DNA of 43,226 bases from a virus. The notes under the pieces were generated by a model that was given only the letters and a program-made list of their open reading frames with translations, was not told the origin of the DNA and ran no database searches. This document shows, piece by piece, positions 42,871-43,226 of this stretch; within the stretch, counting starts at the first letter, position 1; each line of letters opens with the position of its first letter. A program made the translations under genes and the position numbers. The DNA lies in the IMG/VR virus record IMGVR_UViG_3300005467_000006, positions 1 through 43,226 of that record. One strand, given 5' to 3'.

Positions 42871-43226
<356 letters not shown>

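Overview
High-GC (about two-thirds G+C by eye) 43.2-kb window that reads as one essentially complete temperate, podovirus-like phage or prophage genome. It appears circularly permuted. The first 25 nt equal the last 25 nt, and both ends lie inside the same Gly-X dipeptide-repeat gene. About 30 of roughly 70 gene junctions have start/stop overlaps (ATGA, GTGA, TTGA or 1-nt), which I used to choose starts inside the over-long ORF calls typical of high-GC DNA. Modules: (1) A rightward early/replication operon (42532 -> junction -> 9759) with the repeat protein, DnaB-type helicase, Dam-type methyltransferase-like protein, RusA, two HNH endonucleases, GroES, a DUF2158-like protein, a YkgJ-type Cys-cluster protein and a GNAT. 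(2) A rightward morphogenesis block (10056-28841) with TerL, portal, acidic scaffold, major capsid, connector proteins, a 1026-aa tail protein, a protein with a peptidase-S74 chaperone domain, two large ejection-type proteins and a lower-GC tail fibre. (3) A lysis cassette (28892-31262) ending in a PG-binding + M23 endolysin. (4) A long leftward operon (39162 -> 31943) with small proteins, an SSAP-like protein, a tRNA-Glu(UUC), a J-domain protein, a large ParB-like protein and, last, a large serine recombinase. (5) An immunity region (41017-41982) with divergent cI-like and cro-like HTH genes and a repeated 17-bp palindromic operator (GTTCGAR-N3-YTCGAAC) in two clusters. (6) A 1625-bp IS1595-family element (20/23 terminal inverted repeats, 8-bp target duplication GTTCGATC) that carries two passenger ORFs and sits in the first gene downstream of the predicted leftward early promoter. 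(7) Two opposite-strand Cys-rich lipoprotein morons. No CRISPR array, reverse transcriptase or recognisable named defence system was seen. All homology statements come from motif recognition by eye and need database confirmation.
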